A program made the translations under genes and the position numbers. Of a DNA stretch of 64,000 bases, positions 23,321 through 34,990 are shown piece by piece. Origin of the DNA: an uncultured Nitrososphaeraceae archaeon (GTDB lineage: Archaea > Thermoproteota > Nitrososphaeria > Nitrososphaerales > Nitrososphaeraceae); NCBI GenBank assembly GCA_963779615.1, contig CAVZZA010000003.1, forward strand, positions 512,001-576,000, written 5' to 3'. The notes under the pieces are model-generated. The model was given only the letters and a program-made list of their open reading frames with translations, did not search any database and was not told the DNA's origin. The stretch's first letter is position 1; each line of letters begins with the position of its first letter.

Positions 23321-23790
23321 ATGTATCGTTACTCATGATGATATGAGATATTCCTATAGAAAGCAGGAGACAAATGGTACTCCCTAATACAGGCCCGTAA
23401 TTTGAACATGCGGTGAAGAATATTCAAGCGCGTATTTCGGGTAGGGATTACTCTACCTGTTGGGTAAATATGCTTTTTATCTTTAATTGAACTGTCATTC
23501 TAACATCAAGTGCAAATCAATAAAAATGATATAATATCTATATTAAAAATCAAAAATCACCCTGCTTTGATATTCCGGATAATAAATAGAATGCAATAAT
23601 ATTAAAATTTAAAACCACCCTTTAGATATACATCAATAGAATATATAAGAAAGAAACAAATGATTTGTCTCCATGTTTTTCGTTAGGCTGCAATTCCTAC
23701 GAAATTGAGTGGTATGATTTATTTAGAAGTTTTCAAATGTTTTGTTGAATCATAAAAGAGAAAAATCCAAATATAGATAGATATACCATA

Positions 23791-24853
23791 GATCTCTTGC
23801 GTAATTGCCACTAAACAGCTTTATGACCATCAGTTTCTCATTAACCTGTACTTTCTTTGCTCTCGTATCACAGTTTATCCAGAAAACCATTGCTTTTCAA
23901 GTCATTCCCCGATCTGACGGTAAAGGAGTTTGATGAAATTTATGATAAGGGGATTGCAAAAAGACACGGCAAGCATGAGATCGTGTTTATCCAAAAGAAA
24001 AGATATTATAGAAAGAAGGCTCGGTGCAGGCAGACATTTCAAACGGGATGTCAAAAACAGGTTTCTGACGCTTTTGGTCTGCTACTGCCGTCTTTACATG
24101 ACCTACACGTTGGCTGGTTTTTTGTTTGACTTGTATCATAGTAACATCTGCAGGGATGTATAGAAGATTCAACCGCTGGTTCGAGTGTGTGCCAATTCCA
24201 CAAAAGATGCACAAAATAACCAAAAGGCTGCGCACACCAGAAGAAGTTGAAAAGCATTTCCAAGGCTTTCTGCCTTTCACCTATTGGACAGAACAACAGA
24301 TGCCACGGCCTGAAAACAGGAGAAGAAAAAAGATGTGTTATTCTGGAAAGAAGAAGAAAAGGATGTTGTAAAGACACAGCTTATGGTTAACAACCAAGGC
24401 ATCATTATTCATAAAACAGGCCATAAGAAAGGAGGGATGCATTATTATAATATTTGCAGATATAAAACGAATCATCCTGTAACTCCCCAAAAAAATTGCA
24501 AATGTTAACGTGTTTAACCTTGGTTAAATCGGAGTTGAGAAAGAATTTCCTGAACAAAGATCATCTATACCAAACAAAAAATAAGAGAAACCAAAAAGAT
24601 CTGTCTCAAGAAGAAAAAGAATACAATCAACACCATTCTAGGAAGAGGATAGTGATAGAGCAAGTCATTTGCAGAATGAAAAAGTACAGGATAATTATTG
24701 AGGATGTTTTCCGAAAAAGGCTCAAAAAGTATGATAGGGAATAAGATATAGTATCAGGACTGGTAACTATAGAATTATGAAGCGCCTTTATTAGATGGCA
24801 AATGCAAATGTCATCCGGAACGGTATTTTGGATTTCTAATTATGCAAGAGGTC
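23791..24853 (+). mobile_element. ISL2-like (IS5-related, DDE_Tnp_4-type) element with pseudogenised transposase
   Basis: TIRs gatctcttgcgtaatt and aattatgcaagaggtc flanked by TA; fragments YSGKKK and KRIVIEQVICRMKKY. Confidence 0.85.
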
Positions 24854-25009
24854 TACGATAGGACATACTTTGACTATGCAGCTAACTAAATATTCCCATT
24901 TGTATTATTTATCATAATAACCAAGAATTTAATATGTATTGAACAATCAATAAATCATTCAAAAATAACTACTATTAGTTTTCATTTACTAACAATCATA
25001 TTAACATAC

Positions 25010-26203
25010 TCACTTATTCTCCCTTAAGAAAAAGGAAAAAATTTTTTTAAAGTTGAGAGATAGAAACATCTTTACAATGTTTAAAAACGAAAATTCCAGA
25101 TTCAATTCTTTACGCGATTTTGTGCCAAAAATTGTTGGCGAATTTTTTAGATAGGGAACATATTCCCATTTCCACAAGTCATGATTATTATCACTTCCCG
25201 ACATTGCGTGATTAGAGGTATTTATAAAAATAACGGGATTAAAATAATTAGATGATAAATATTTTATGTTTCTGTGAAGCGCAGGATGGGGATCGAAATG
25301 GGCAGAATCATATTCTATCTCAAAGTCTTTAGAAAAAATGTTCTCAAAAACAAAATGTTTGTTGTTTTTATTGGGTTGTTGATCATCCATACAAATTTTC
25401 AAAGTTTCTATATCAGCAACCCTGTGGTACATCAGTAATCTAAGTTTCTCATATGCAAAATTTAAGATCTTGTGTCGCCTTAACACTTCATTGTTAAAAA
25501 TAATGGATACTTCCCAAATATTCGGCCCTGTATGTGCACAATGAATTTGTCGAACATAGTTTTTTAAAGAATCCAGTGCAGGCTGATATATTACAGGAAT
25601 AACAGGTATTTTTTTTTGTGTAATTTTTTCGTTTATTTCATCTTTTGATACACCAAGATCGAATAATCCTTTTTCAAGTAATTCTGAAGAGTCAATACTC
25701 AATTTAATGTATCTATAAACTTCATAAATCCCACAGTTCTCAACGTCTTTCCCATCGTACCAATCCCAAATCCAAAATTTTCTATTACCATCACCATCAA
25801 GCTGAAAGCCAATTCTTTGTTTTTTCTTGTTTTTTTCTAATGGAATATCCAAGTTTTCTCTAACATTATAGTTATCATTAGAAAGAGCATAGTCTTCGAT
25901 TTTAATCGGATCAACACGTTTTATATCAATTCCCAACATATATCTAATACCAACAGTCATGTTTCCCCTGTATTCACTATTTTTCATTGTTGTGCTACGC
26001 AATATTATTCTAAGTTCATCTTTTGTTATTTTTCCTGCTATATCCATTGTACAGTTATCCCAATCTAATCTTACAATTTTGCCTGTCCTTTTGACTTTTT
26101 TAATGCTATAATTTTTGAGATTATTGTTATGTATCTCTTTGATCTCGTAAAAATTAACGTCATGTGTGAACCAGAATTTAACGCTTTTGGCAGTAATTAC
26201 CAT
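25010..26203 (-). CDS. hypothetical protein (397 aa), paralog of 32561-33680
   Basis: Long intact ORF; LDWDNCT, WDWYDGK, EVSIIFNNE, NTSNHA and WKWEY motifs shared with the broken paralog. Confidence 0.8.
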   Translation of the reverse strand: MVITAKSVKFWFTHDVNFYEIKEIHNNNLKNYSIKKVKRTGKIVRLDWDNCTMDIAGKITKDELRIILRSTTMKNSEYRGNMTVGIRYMLGIDIKRVDPIKIEDYALSNDNYNVRENLDIPLEKNKKKQRIGFQLDGDGNRKFWIWDWYDGKDVENCGIYEVYRYIKLSIDSSELLEKGLFDLGVSKDEINEKITQKKIPVIPVIYQPALDSLKNYVRQIHCAHTGPNIWEVSIIFNNEVLRRHKILNFAYEKLRLLMYHRVADIETLKICMDDQQPNKNNKHFVFENIFSKDFEIEYDSAHFDPHPALHRNIKYLSSNYFNPVIFINTSNHAMSGSDNNHDLWKWEYVPYLKNSPTIFGTKSRKELNLEFSFLNIVKMFLSLNFKKIFSFFLRENK

Positions 26204-26543
26204 AAATCATTTACAAAAACCAATTGTAAAAGGTTTGCTATTTTCACATGACAATAAACCCCATTTCTGCAGGTATTTGTCAAATGCAAATACTTGAAAA
26301 TAAATTTGATATTTTTGCAAATTATTTAATGACCTGTAGAGTAAAAATCAGTTGGTTAAGAAACCCATTATAGAAAAATATTTCTTAACTTGGTAATAAT
26401 GCAATTTATTCTGTCATTTGGCGAATCATACCTTTATCCTATATTTTAGACATTTATACCCCAAGTTTAACTATAGGCAAACATTAATGCGGAACATGAT
26501 AATGATTCTGAACAATTTACATAAAAATAACCGCTCAGTGCAC

Positions 26544-27100
26544 TTTAGGTGGAGCTCAATTCTTATTATGTCTAGTAATATCCGAGGCACTGTATCCAGG
26601 CTATAGCCTTTCAGAACAATTCGTAAGCGATTTAGGTGCAACATTCAATCCGGGTTGCGTGATTTATCAACCCTCTTCCATTGTTTTCAATACATCTGTC
26701 TTTTTATTGGTGGTTATTGAGTTTGATTAAATCATCTTTATCTTTCAAATCCATTATCGTCTTTTTGCAATCCTTTTATGATAGGAAGTACAGGTGCAAT
26801 TGGGGTAGGGATATTCCCTGAGACAGCAGGATTGATTCACATCATATTTGCATTTATAGCGTTTCTTTTCATGGGACTTTCTGCAATTTCTTCCTATCAT
26901 ATAGCTCCTACCCTATGTCTTACTTCTCGTTGATCTTGGGGATAATGATCTTGATAACACTCTTTTTGTCGTCCATGGGATTAACTCTCGGTTTGGGAAC
27001 TGACGGGATTGAAAGAGTCATTTTGTGTCCTAGTATTATTTGGATCATTGGCATAGGCGCATATATGCTTGGGAGGACATCATCAGCAGTTACACTATGA
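26544..27100 (+). pseudogene. DUF998-like membrane protein, 5'-truncated and frameshifted
   Basis: Fragments LGGAQFLLCLVISEALYPGYS, SDLG, GVGIFPE and GLGTDGIER. Confidence 0.65.
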
Positions 27101-27317
27101 TGTCAAGCGATGTATGACATTCGTAGTATTACGTAGTTATTGGTATAACAAATCATCTGTGATAAGAAAATCAATAAGGATTAAAGATTAACTTTTATTT
27201 CTATATTACCATATGCAAAAGAATCTAAAGAAATTTAGTAGTTATTATATTTTAAATATCATAACGTAGAAATATGTTAAAATTCTTTATATACTAAACT
27301 TTATTTCTAAAAATTTA

Positions 27318-27875
27318 ATGAAAAGTAATACTCATTTAATTGTTATTACTGCCAGTCTTATTACTATATTTATATTAATCGAAGTCATTAGTTTTAGTCC
27401 TTTATCCACAGCAAACCTTGACTTTGAAAAAGAGATGTTTTTGTCAGTTTGGAACAAAACTGGATTTCATTCCGAATTTGATTCATATGTAGATTCTGAA
27501 CCCTATGGATATGGTGCTTATGATGTACATCAGACAAATTTATTCAACAGAGGGGACACACTCTTGCTTTATGTGGAGCCAGCAGGCTTCAGCCACAAGC
27601 GTTTAGTTAGTGAAAAAAATGATACCTTATATTCAATGAACTTCACAGCTGATGTTTTAGTTTCCAACAATGGAGGGAAATTAATTGCAAGTAAAGAGAA
27701 TATCCCCATAAGGGAAATAGTATCTCATCATAAAAATACAGAATTGTATTTAACACTAGCAATAAATCAAACTATACCTTTCCCAACAGGCGATTACACT
27801 TTTCAGTATTTCATAACAGATCAGAACTCGGGAAAGAATTTTAAAATAGTAAAAGATGTTCGGATCAGTATCTGA
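27318..27875 (+). CDS. secreted hypothetical protein (Ig-like)
   Basis: N-terminal signal/TM; YVEPAGF...FTADV...GDYTFQYFITD beta-rich pattern. Confidence 0.75.
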   Translation: MKSNTHLIVITASLITIFILIEVISFSPLSTANLDFEKEMFLSVWNKTGFHSEFDSYVDSEPYGYGAYDVHQTNLFNRGDTLLLYVEPAGFSHKRLVSEKNDTLYSMNFTADVLVSNNGGKLIASKENIPIREIVSHHKNTELYLTLAINQTIPFPTGDYTFQYFITDQNSGKNFKIVKDVRISI

Positions 27876-28095
27876 AAAACGTGGCATGTATAGATTGATT
27901 TTGCCACATATGCCAAACATAAGGAATTAAATCTGTTACTTGAAACATTTGATTATATAGTAACTCAAATTGCTAGTCAGACAATATATGTGGCTAATAA
28001 ATATAATTACCATATATATTATTAAGGCTGATTATTTAATGCCGTTCTGAAGTTATATAGTAGTGATCTTAACTATAACTGGTCTTGCATAAAGT

Positions 28096-29997
28096 TTGCA
28101 ATATAAAAAGATAATAATGATTTCAATAATTGCTTTATCTCTGATATGTACCCTAATATGTACATCTTTGATGGTATTCAATACTAATTTGAGATATGTT
28201 CATGGTTCAGAGTTTAATAACAATTTGCCGGAGGAACAAGGCAACGCGGCCGTCAACAATTTGCCGGAGGAACAAGGCAACGCGGCCGTCAACAATTTGC
28301 CGGAGGAACAAGGCAACGCGGCCGTCAACAATTTGCCGGAGGAACAAGGCAACGCGGCCGTCAACAATTTGCCGGAGGAACAAGGCAACGCGGCCGTCAA
28401 CAATTTGCCGGAGGAACAAGGCAACGCGGCCGTCAACAATTTGCCGGAGGAACAAGGCAACGCGGCCGTCAACAATTTGCCGGAGGAACAAGGCAACGCG
28501 GCCGTCAACAATTTGCCGGAGGAACAAGGCAACGCGGCCGTCAACAATTTGCCGGAGGAACAAGGCAACGCGGCCGTCAACAATTTGCCGGAGGAACAAG
28601 GCAACGCGGCCGTCAACAATTTGCCGGAGGAACAAGGCAACGCGGCCGTCAACAATTTGCCGGAGGAACAAGGCAACGCGGCCGTCAACAATTTGCCGGA
28701 GGAACAAGGCAACGCGGCCGTCAACAATTTGCCGGAGGAACAAGGCAACGCGGCCGTCAACAATTTGCCGGAGGAACAAGGCAACGCAACTATACCTTAT
28801 TCTACTCCTATGTATGGACCAACATTCTACTCCGGAGATTCAATGGACAGTATTGGTGAAAATGGCGCGGGTGGCGTGAATACAACATCTGGTTTTGGTG
28901 GAGGCACTGGCGCGGGTGGCGTGAATACAACATCTGGTTTTGGTGGAGGCACTGGCGCGGGTGGCGTGAATACAACATCTGGTTTTGGTGGAGGCACTGG
29001 CGCGGGTGGCGTGAATACAACATCTGGTTTTGGTGGAGGCACTGGCGCGGGTGGCGTGAATACAACATCTGGTTTTGGTGGAGGCACTGGCGCGGGTGGC
29101 GTGAATACAACATCTGGTTTTGGTGGAGGCACTGGCGCGGGTGGCGTGAATACAACATCTGGTTTTGGTGGAGGCACTGGCACTGGCGCGGGTGGAGGCA
29201 CTGGCACTGGCACTGGCACTGGCGCGGGTGGAGGCACTGGCACTGGCACTCATGGCGCGGTGAGGCACTAGCACTGCGCGGTGAGCATGGCACTGGCGCG
29301 GGTGGAGGCACTGGCGCGGGTGGAGGCACTGGCACTGGCGCGGGTGGAGGCACTGGCGCGGGTGGAGGCACTGGCACTGGCGCGGGTGGAGGCACTGGCA
29401 CTGGCGCGGGTGGAGGCACTGGCACTGGCGCGGGTGGAGGCACTGGCACTGGCGCGGGTGGAGGCACTGGCACTGGCGCGGGTGGAGGCACTGGCACTGG
29501 CGCGGGTGGAGGCACTGGCACTGGCGCGGGTGGAGGCACTGGCACTGGCGCGGGTGGAGGCACTGGCACTGGCACTGGCACTGGCACTGGCACTGGCTGG
29601 CACTGGCACTGGCGCGGGTGGAGGCACTGGCACTGGCGCGGGTGGAGGCACTGGCACTGGCGCGGGTGGAGGCACTGGCACTGGCACTGGCACTGGCACT
29701 GGCACTGGCACTGGCACTGGCGCGGGTGGAGGCACTGGCACTGGCGCGGGTGGAGGCACTGGCGCGGGTGGAGGCACTGGCACTGGCGCGGGTGGAGGAA
29801 ATGGAAATCAGTGTTTATCTAGTCAACATAGGGATGTTGCTGATAGGTGTGCTCCTGACGCATCTGCGGAACACACAAAAACTATACAGGGTAACACAGT
29901 GCTACTTGGTAACATGAGTATCATCACAGTCAAAGGCAACATTGGAATATCTTCAGGAAATATCATATCTATTAAAACCCCAATTATATTGCCATAG
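28096..29997 (+). CDS. secreted low-complexity repeat protein (frameshifts at about 29250-29290 and 29597)
   Basis: Signal peptide, ([12 protein letters not shown])x16, ([15 protein letters not shown])x7, a long GTGAGGGT tract and a short unique C-terminus. Confidence 0.75.
28219..28787 (+). repeat. 36-bp perfect tandem repeat x16
   Basis: Unit aacaatttgccggaggaacaaggcaacgcggccgtc with no spacers. Confidence 0.97.
28864..29178 (+). repeat. 45-bp perfect tandem repeat x7
   Basis: Unit ggcgcgggtggcgtgaatacaacatctggttttggtggaggcact. Confidence 0.97.
29179..29798 (+). repeat. compound ggcact / ggcgcgggtggaggcact repeat tract
   Basis: Mixed 6-, 18- and 24-bp units encoding GT/GAGGGT. Confidence 0.95.
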
Positions 29998-30168
29998 TCT
30001 ATAGAATTACTTTTTTTCTGATTTTGCGGCATATTGAGTAATTAATTTCTGTGATGATAATTTGTTAATGCGAAAGGACTACTGCGGATATATACCACTT
30101 CAATCGAATGATATTGCATCTATATGCAATATTTTGATTTTGTCAGCCTATTCTATATGGCAATTGCA

Positions 30169-30903
30169 CTAAAACCCGACAATGTGTGATGCTAGGATAG
30201 CCTGTATAAAACCATCCTTTCTATTTTCCATATATTCTTCTAAAAAGAGCCAGCTGTTGATATAGCGGAAGGATTGGTTGTTCTGAGCCAATTCCTTGTG
30301 AACTAAAGCATTCCAATCAATACCAACATCATTGTTATTACTATGATCCTGACCTATTGGTTGTTCTTCAATGTTTTGGCAGCCATACTTCACCAGATCC
30401 GTCATATTGATGTTGTTAGGATTGTTATGTGCTAAAATCGGATCGTTAGTTATGATGTATTTTTGAATATTAAATACATGTTTTATTCTTAGGCATATTT
30501 TGTCATTATAATTGGCATCTTTTTGTGAAATCTGTGCATTAAGCTGGACAAATTCCGTTAAGACATCGGATAAGTTATTCCAATTCTGTTGGATTTGGGG
30601 GTTTGGAAAGTAGGACTGTATCTTTGAACCAATGGTTGCCTTTGACATTTCCCATTCTACAGAGGCAGATCCAAAATCCATCTGGTTCGAAAAACCTGGG
30701 ATTTGAACTAATCTGGCGGTGATGATTATGTTGGATATGGCCTTACTGATCTCACCGGCGACATCCGTCTTTAGTTCAAGCTCTTTCTGATAGTCTTGCC
30801 ATTGGCGGGTATAATAAGGGATTATGAGGCTGGAAATTATTGCCCCTATCACTAAAAGCATAAAAGGATGGGCAAGTGCCTTTGCAATTTGAGTTTTGGT
30901 CAA
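30169..30903 (-). CDS. membrane-anchored hypothetical protein
   Basis: N-terminal TM (LLVIGAIISSLIIP) followed by a helical domain. Confidence 0.75.
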   Translation of the reverse strand: MTKTQIAKALAHPFMLLVIGAIISSLIIPYYTRQWQDYQKELELKTDVAGEISKAISNIIITARLVQIPGFSNQMDFGSASVEWEMSKATIGSKIQSYFPNPQIQQNWNNLSDVLTEFVQLNAQISQKDANYNDKICLRIKHVFNIQKYIITNDPILAHNNPNNINMTDLVKYGCQNIEEQPIGQDHSNNNDVGIDWNALVHKELAQNNQSFRYINSWLFLEEYMENRKDGFIQAILASHIVGF

Positions 30904-31125
30904 AAGGATGTTTATTTTACTTTTTAACTTCTACTTATCAGTTTATGATTTGCGTTTATTTTGCTAAATGTAAAATACATGAAATAGGAGATTAAAAGTT
31001 ATTTCTATGACCTGCAAGTTATATTAAATGACTAACATGAGACATGTTTTATGTATTGACATATGAATCAGTATATTGTTTCACAAAACCCAAATTAAAA
31101 CCGATTTTCAAAATCTATGTACTAG

Positions 31126-32174
31126 AATCTCTTGCATAATTAGAAACAGTATGCTTTATCAGTATGGCAATGACCGATGATGCCCATCTAAAAAGTTTAC
31201 AATGTTCTGTAGTTTACGAGTTCGGCTTCCATATCTGATACCTTGTCATGCTATCTCATCTTGTTGTTGAAAATGTCGCCCATTATGCTGCATTTTTTCA
31301 TTCTGCAAATGGCATGCTCTATCACTATCCTTTTTTTGGAGTGATCCTGGTTGTAAATCTTTTTACTCCTGAGCCAACCCCTTTTGGTTTCTCTTTTTTC
31401 TGTTTGGCACTGATGAATTTTGGTCAGGAAATTCTTTCTCAACCCCAAGATACCCACGGTCAAACACACGCTTACAGCTTGCTTTGGAGTGACAGGGTGA
31501 TTCTTTTTAATGTCATATTCATGCCGATGTCCTTTCACGTATTTTGTTTTGTGGATGATGACACCCTGGTTGTTAACCATGAGATGTGTCTTTACGGCGT
31601 GCCTTTTCTTCTTGCCTGAATAGTGCATCTTCTTTCGCCTCTTGTTTTCAGGTCGTGGTATCTTTGTTCCGTGCAATAGGTGAAAGATAGAAAGCAAGGA
31701 AAATGCCTTTCAGCCTCTTCTGGTGTGCGCAGCCTTTTGGTTGTTTTGTGCATCTTTTGTGGAATTGGCACGCACTTTCTTACCAGCGGCTCAGCCTTCT
31801 GCATATCCCTGCAGATGTTGCTCTGGTCCAAGTCAAGCATAAAGCCGGCCAACGGGTAGGTTGTGTAAAGGTGGTAACATGCAAAAAGCACCAGAAATCT
31901 GTTTTAACAGCCAGTTTGAAATGCCTGCCTGATGCACCCATGGATCATTACCTGCTGTCTTTTCTTTTGGATAGCCGCCTGATCTCATGCCTGCCGTGTC
32001 TTTTGCCATCTCCTTATCATAAATGTCATCAAACTCCTTTACCGTCAGATCGGGGAATGATTTGAAAAGCAATGGTTGTTTGGTCAACATCTCATAAGAG
32101 AGTAAAGAAAGGATAGTGAATTAATGAGAAACTGATGGTCATAATGCTGTTTAGGAACAATTATGCAAGAGATT
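31126..32174 (-). mobile_element. ISL2-like element, inverted copy, pseudogenised
   Basis: TIRs atctcttgcataatt and aattatgcaagagat; fragments homologous to the 23791-24853 and 63167 copies. Confidence 0.85.
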
Positions 32175-32560
32175 TAATATGTACATTTGTTTCCATGTTA
32201 TTGCGCATCCTAATTAAAAATAAAATTCAACGATACACCTTTCTATTTCTTCTAGTAATACAATGCTCTTTCTCTTTTTCATAGACTGGAATGATACTGT
32301 AGTTGTATGTTAGAAGATTGAACCTGGTTACACATTTAACAAATTTAATAAAGGGCCATGTTCAGAAAGAAACTTCTAATATAATCTCACAAACAGCAAT
32401 AACTGCATGTAGGAAGAATGTTTTTAACGAAATAGACATGGCATTATACATGCAAATATTTCAGCATATTTATTGTGTGTCTAATAATTGAGGCACCATA
32501 GAGTTAGAGAACAGTTAACTACACCCTTAAATAGGAAATTGATAGTAGTAGTGCAGTTTA

Positions 32561-33680
32561 ATGCAATCAAATGCCAATAGTTACAAGTTCTATTTCACCA
32601 ACAAAGTAAATCGATATCAGACTATAGAAATTTCCCCAGGCAAAAAAACACTAAAAAAAACACCCGAGACAGTAAAACTGGATTGGGACAACTGCACTTT
32701 GGATGTGGTTGGGCAGTTACCAGACGGCAAAACAAGAATCGTTTTTTGCAGCAAATAAAAAAAAATAAGCAAGTATATAGGTGATAAGCCTGTCGGCATA
32801 AGATACATGCTTGGGGTCGACATCACAAAAACATCTTTACCAAAAATAGAGCAATATGAACTGTCAGAAGATAACTCAAAGGTGAGAGACAATTTTGATG
32901 CCGGCAAAGAACAAATGAACAACAACCAAAGGGTGGTTTTTCAGCTTGACGATAAATATTGGGTTTGGGATTGGTATGATGGCAAGGAGGGTATTGAGAA
33001 AAGTGAAATATACAGAATTTACCAATTGGTGTCATCTCAAATTGAATCGTCAAAACCATTCACCGTGGGTTTGTTTAGCATAGACATGGAAAATGAAATA
33101 GAAGAAGCAAAGACCAAAACAAGCCCAATAATACAGATAATTACCAACCCGCAATGGACTCTGAAAAATCATGTTCGAGAGGTTCATTGCGCATGGATAA
33201 AGCCAAACATAATCGAGGTATCAATCATATTTAATAACGAACAGTTAAGAAAATTTAAGATTGCCAACAACCTTTATGAAAAATTTAGGCTTTTAAAATA
33301 CGGCAGAACATTTGACATAGAAACGTTTAGAATTTGCAATGATGGTAGTAATCTTAAAGATACTGACAAGAACTACTTTATTTTTGAGAACATCTATTCG
33401 GATACATATGACATAGAATATGACACCATCCATCACGATCCCAAGATAGCACCACATAGGGAAATAAAATACATGTCTAAAAAAAATTTTTCAACCCCAT
33501 TGTTTTTATAAATACGTCCAATCATGCGCTGTCTGAGAGTGACAACAATCATGATCAGTGGAAATGGGAATACATTCCGTTCACAAAAGACTCACCGTTA
33601 AAGTTTGGCACAAAATCCAGGTCAGAAATAGACAGTGCATTTACTTCTATTCTCTCAAAGATTTCAGCCTTTTTCATAAA
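32561..33680 (+). pseudogene. frameshifted paralog of 25010-26203
   Basis: Fragments VKLDWDNCTLDV, YWVWDWYDGKE, FIFENIYS and NTSNHALSESDNNHDQWKWEY in shifting frames. Confidence 0.8.
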
Positions 33681-34360
33681 GTGACCATCCAAACCTTGCC
33701 AAGGGCACATGAAAAAAATGGGCGGTCAGTTCATTTATGCATATGACCGTATCACCATTGGCTGCAACATGGTAGCGCACCTAGCATCCTTTAATGTGGA
33801 TACTTGGTTTGTTTTTTTAATAATCAGGGTTGGCGACTTTCCACACAAAACGCATAAAGATATCTTTTATCTTCTACATCATATTTGCTCAATGAATCAG
33901 AAAGGTGTTACACCACACTCCTTTTACCTCCCCTTATTTTTAGTTAGCATTTGCATCCCTCAAGGCAAATATGGGGATACAAGGCAACAGGTAACAGCAT
34001 CTCTCCCAACCCAAAAGCCAGGTAAAGCAACATTGTCACGGAAAAGGACAAACAATAATACTAACTTTTAGTAATCTGTTATTTTATAGAGTACATCAAT
34101 TTTTCAAAACCCAATTTCTGTCAGAACAATAAATACAACAAAGAGAATTGAATAGTTAAATCAAATACCATATGCATTTATAAAAGCAGACAAGACACAA
34201 CTGCGTTTTTTCAACCAAAAAAATATCCAAATGATACCGTATTGTAAACAGATAAGGAATTGAAGGTAAAAAAATTACTTTTTATAACCTAAAGGAGTTT
34301 AAGGGAAATAACATCCAATATCAACAAATATTTAATAACGACCCATCACCCAAAGCAGTT

Positions 34361-34990
34361 ATGGCTAATACCAACACTACATACATTATTAATGGAAAAA
34401 TAAAAGATTCGGAAGGAAACCCCGTGGGAAATGTAAAGGTCGAGGCAATGGATAGTGATCAGAACTGGTTTGAGGATCACAATGATGATTTGATTGATAG
34501 CAAATGGGTAAACAATGATGGAACTTTTCAAATTCCTTTTGAAAGAAAAAGGATTCAAGAAGGATGGCTGGAGGGCAACCCCGATATTTATTTAATGGTA
34601 AGAAACCCCTCGGGCCAGGTTATCCACAGGACTCAAACCAGAAGGGGGCTGGACATTTCCGACAGCAAGAGCCTACATTTTGAGATAATATTAAACTCCC
34701 TTGAAAGACAACAACAGCAATCAATACCGGATCCCTATTTATCAAACAACCAAAGGGTGATTGCGGCATTTGGAAGGCTTGCTGACGTCAGTGAGTTTCA
34801 GATAAGCGACATAGCAAGGGTACTAAGCCTATTGGGTCGCTCCATAAACGCATGGTCCCTTTACACAACAGAGTATATGTGGAATGCCACAGGATATGAT
34901 GGCCCCCAGGTTCCAAAATATCCTTGGAGGGAACCAGGCCACAGTCATGAATTGGGATGGGAGAGTGGACAACGTCAAAATGCCCAATAA
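34361..34990 (+). CDS. hypothetical protein, probable partner subunit of the GMC oxidoreductase
   Basis: N-terminal GKIKDSEGNPVGNVKVEAMDSD (transthyretin/carboxypeptidase-regulatory-like); C-terminal YTTEYMWNATGYDGP; stop overlaps the next start. Confidence 0.7.
   Translation: MANTNTTYIINGKIKDSEGNPVGNVKVEAMDSDQNWFEDHNDDLIDSKWVNNDGTFQIPFERKRIQEGWLEGNPDIYLMVRNPSGQVIHRTQTRRGLDISDSKSLHFEIILNSLERQQQQSIPDPYLSNNQRVIAAFGRLADVSEFQISDIARVLSLLGRSINAWSLYTTEYMWNATGYDGPQVPKYPWREPGHSHELGWESGQRQNAQ

Noticed and set aside
28219-28787. 36-bp repeats as a CRISPR array
   Set aside because: Units are head-to-tail with no spacers, lie in frame within a signal-peptide ORF, and no cas genes are present.
28196-29917. 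Alternative-frame ORFs over the repeats (ALARVE, PVPPPA, TICRRN and similar)
   Set aside because: Shadow frames of stop-free repeats; only the signal-peptide frame is plausible.
34884-34979. Upstream start for the GMC oxidoreductase
   Set aside because: It overlaps the preceding gene by more than 100 bp; the ATG at 34980 gives a typical coupled start.
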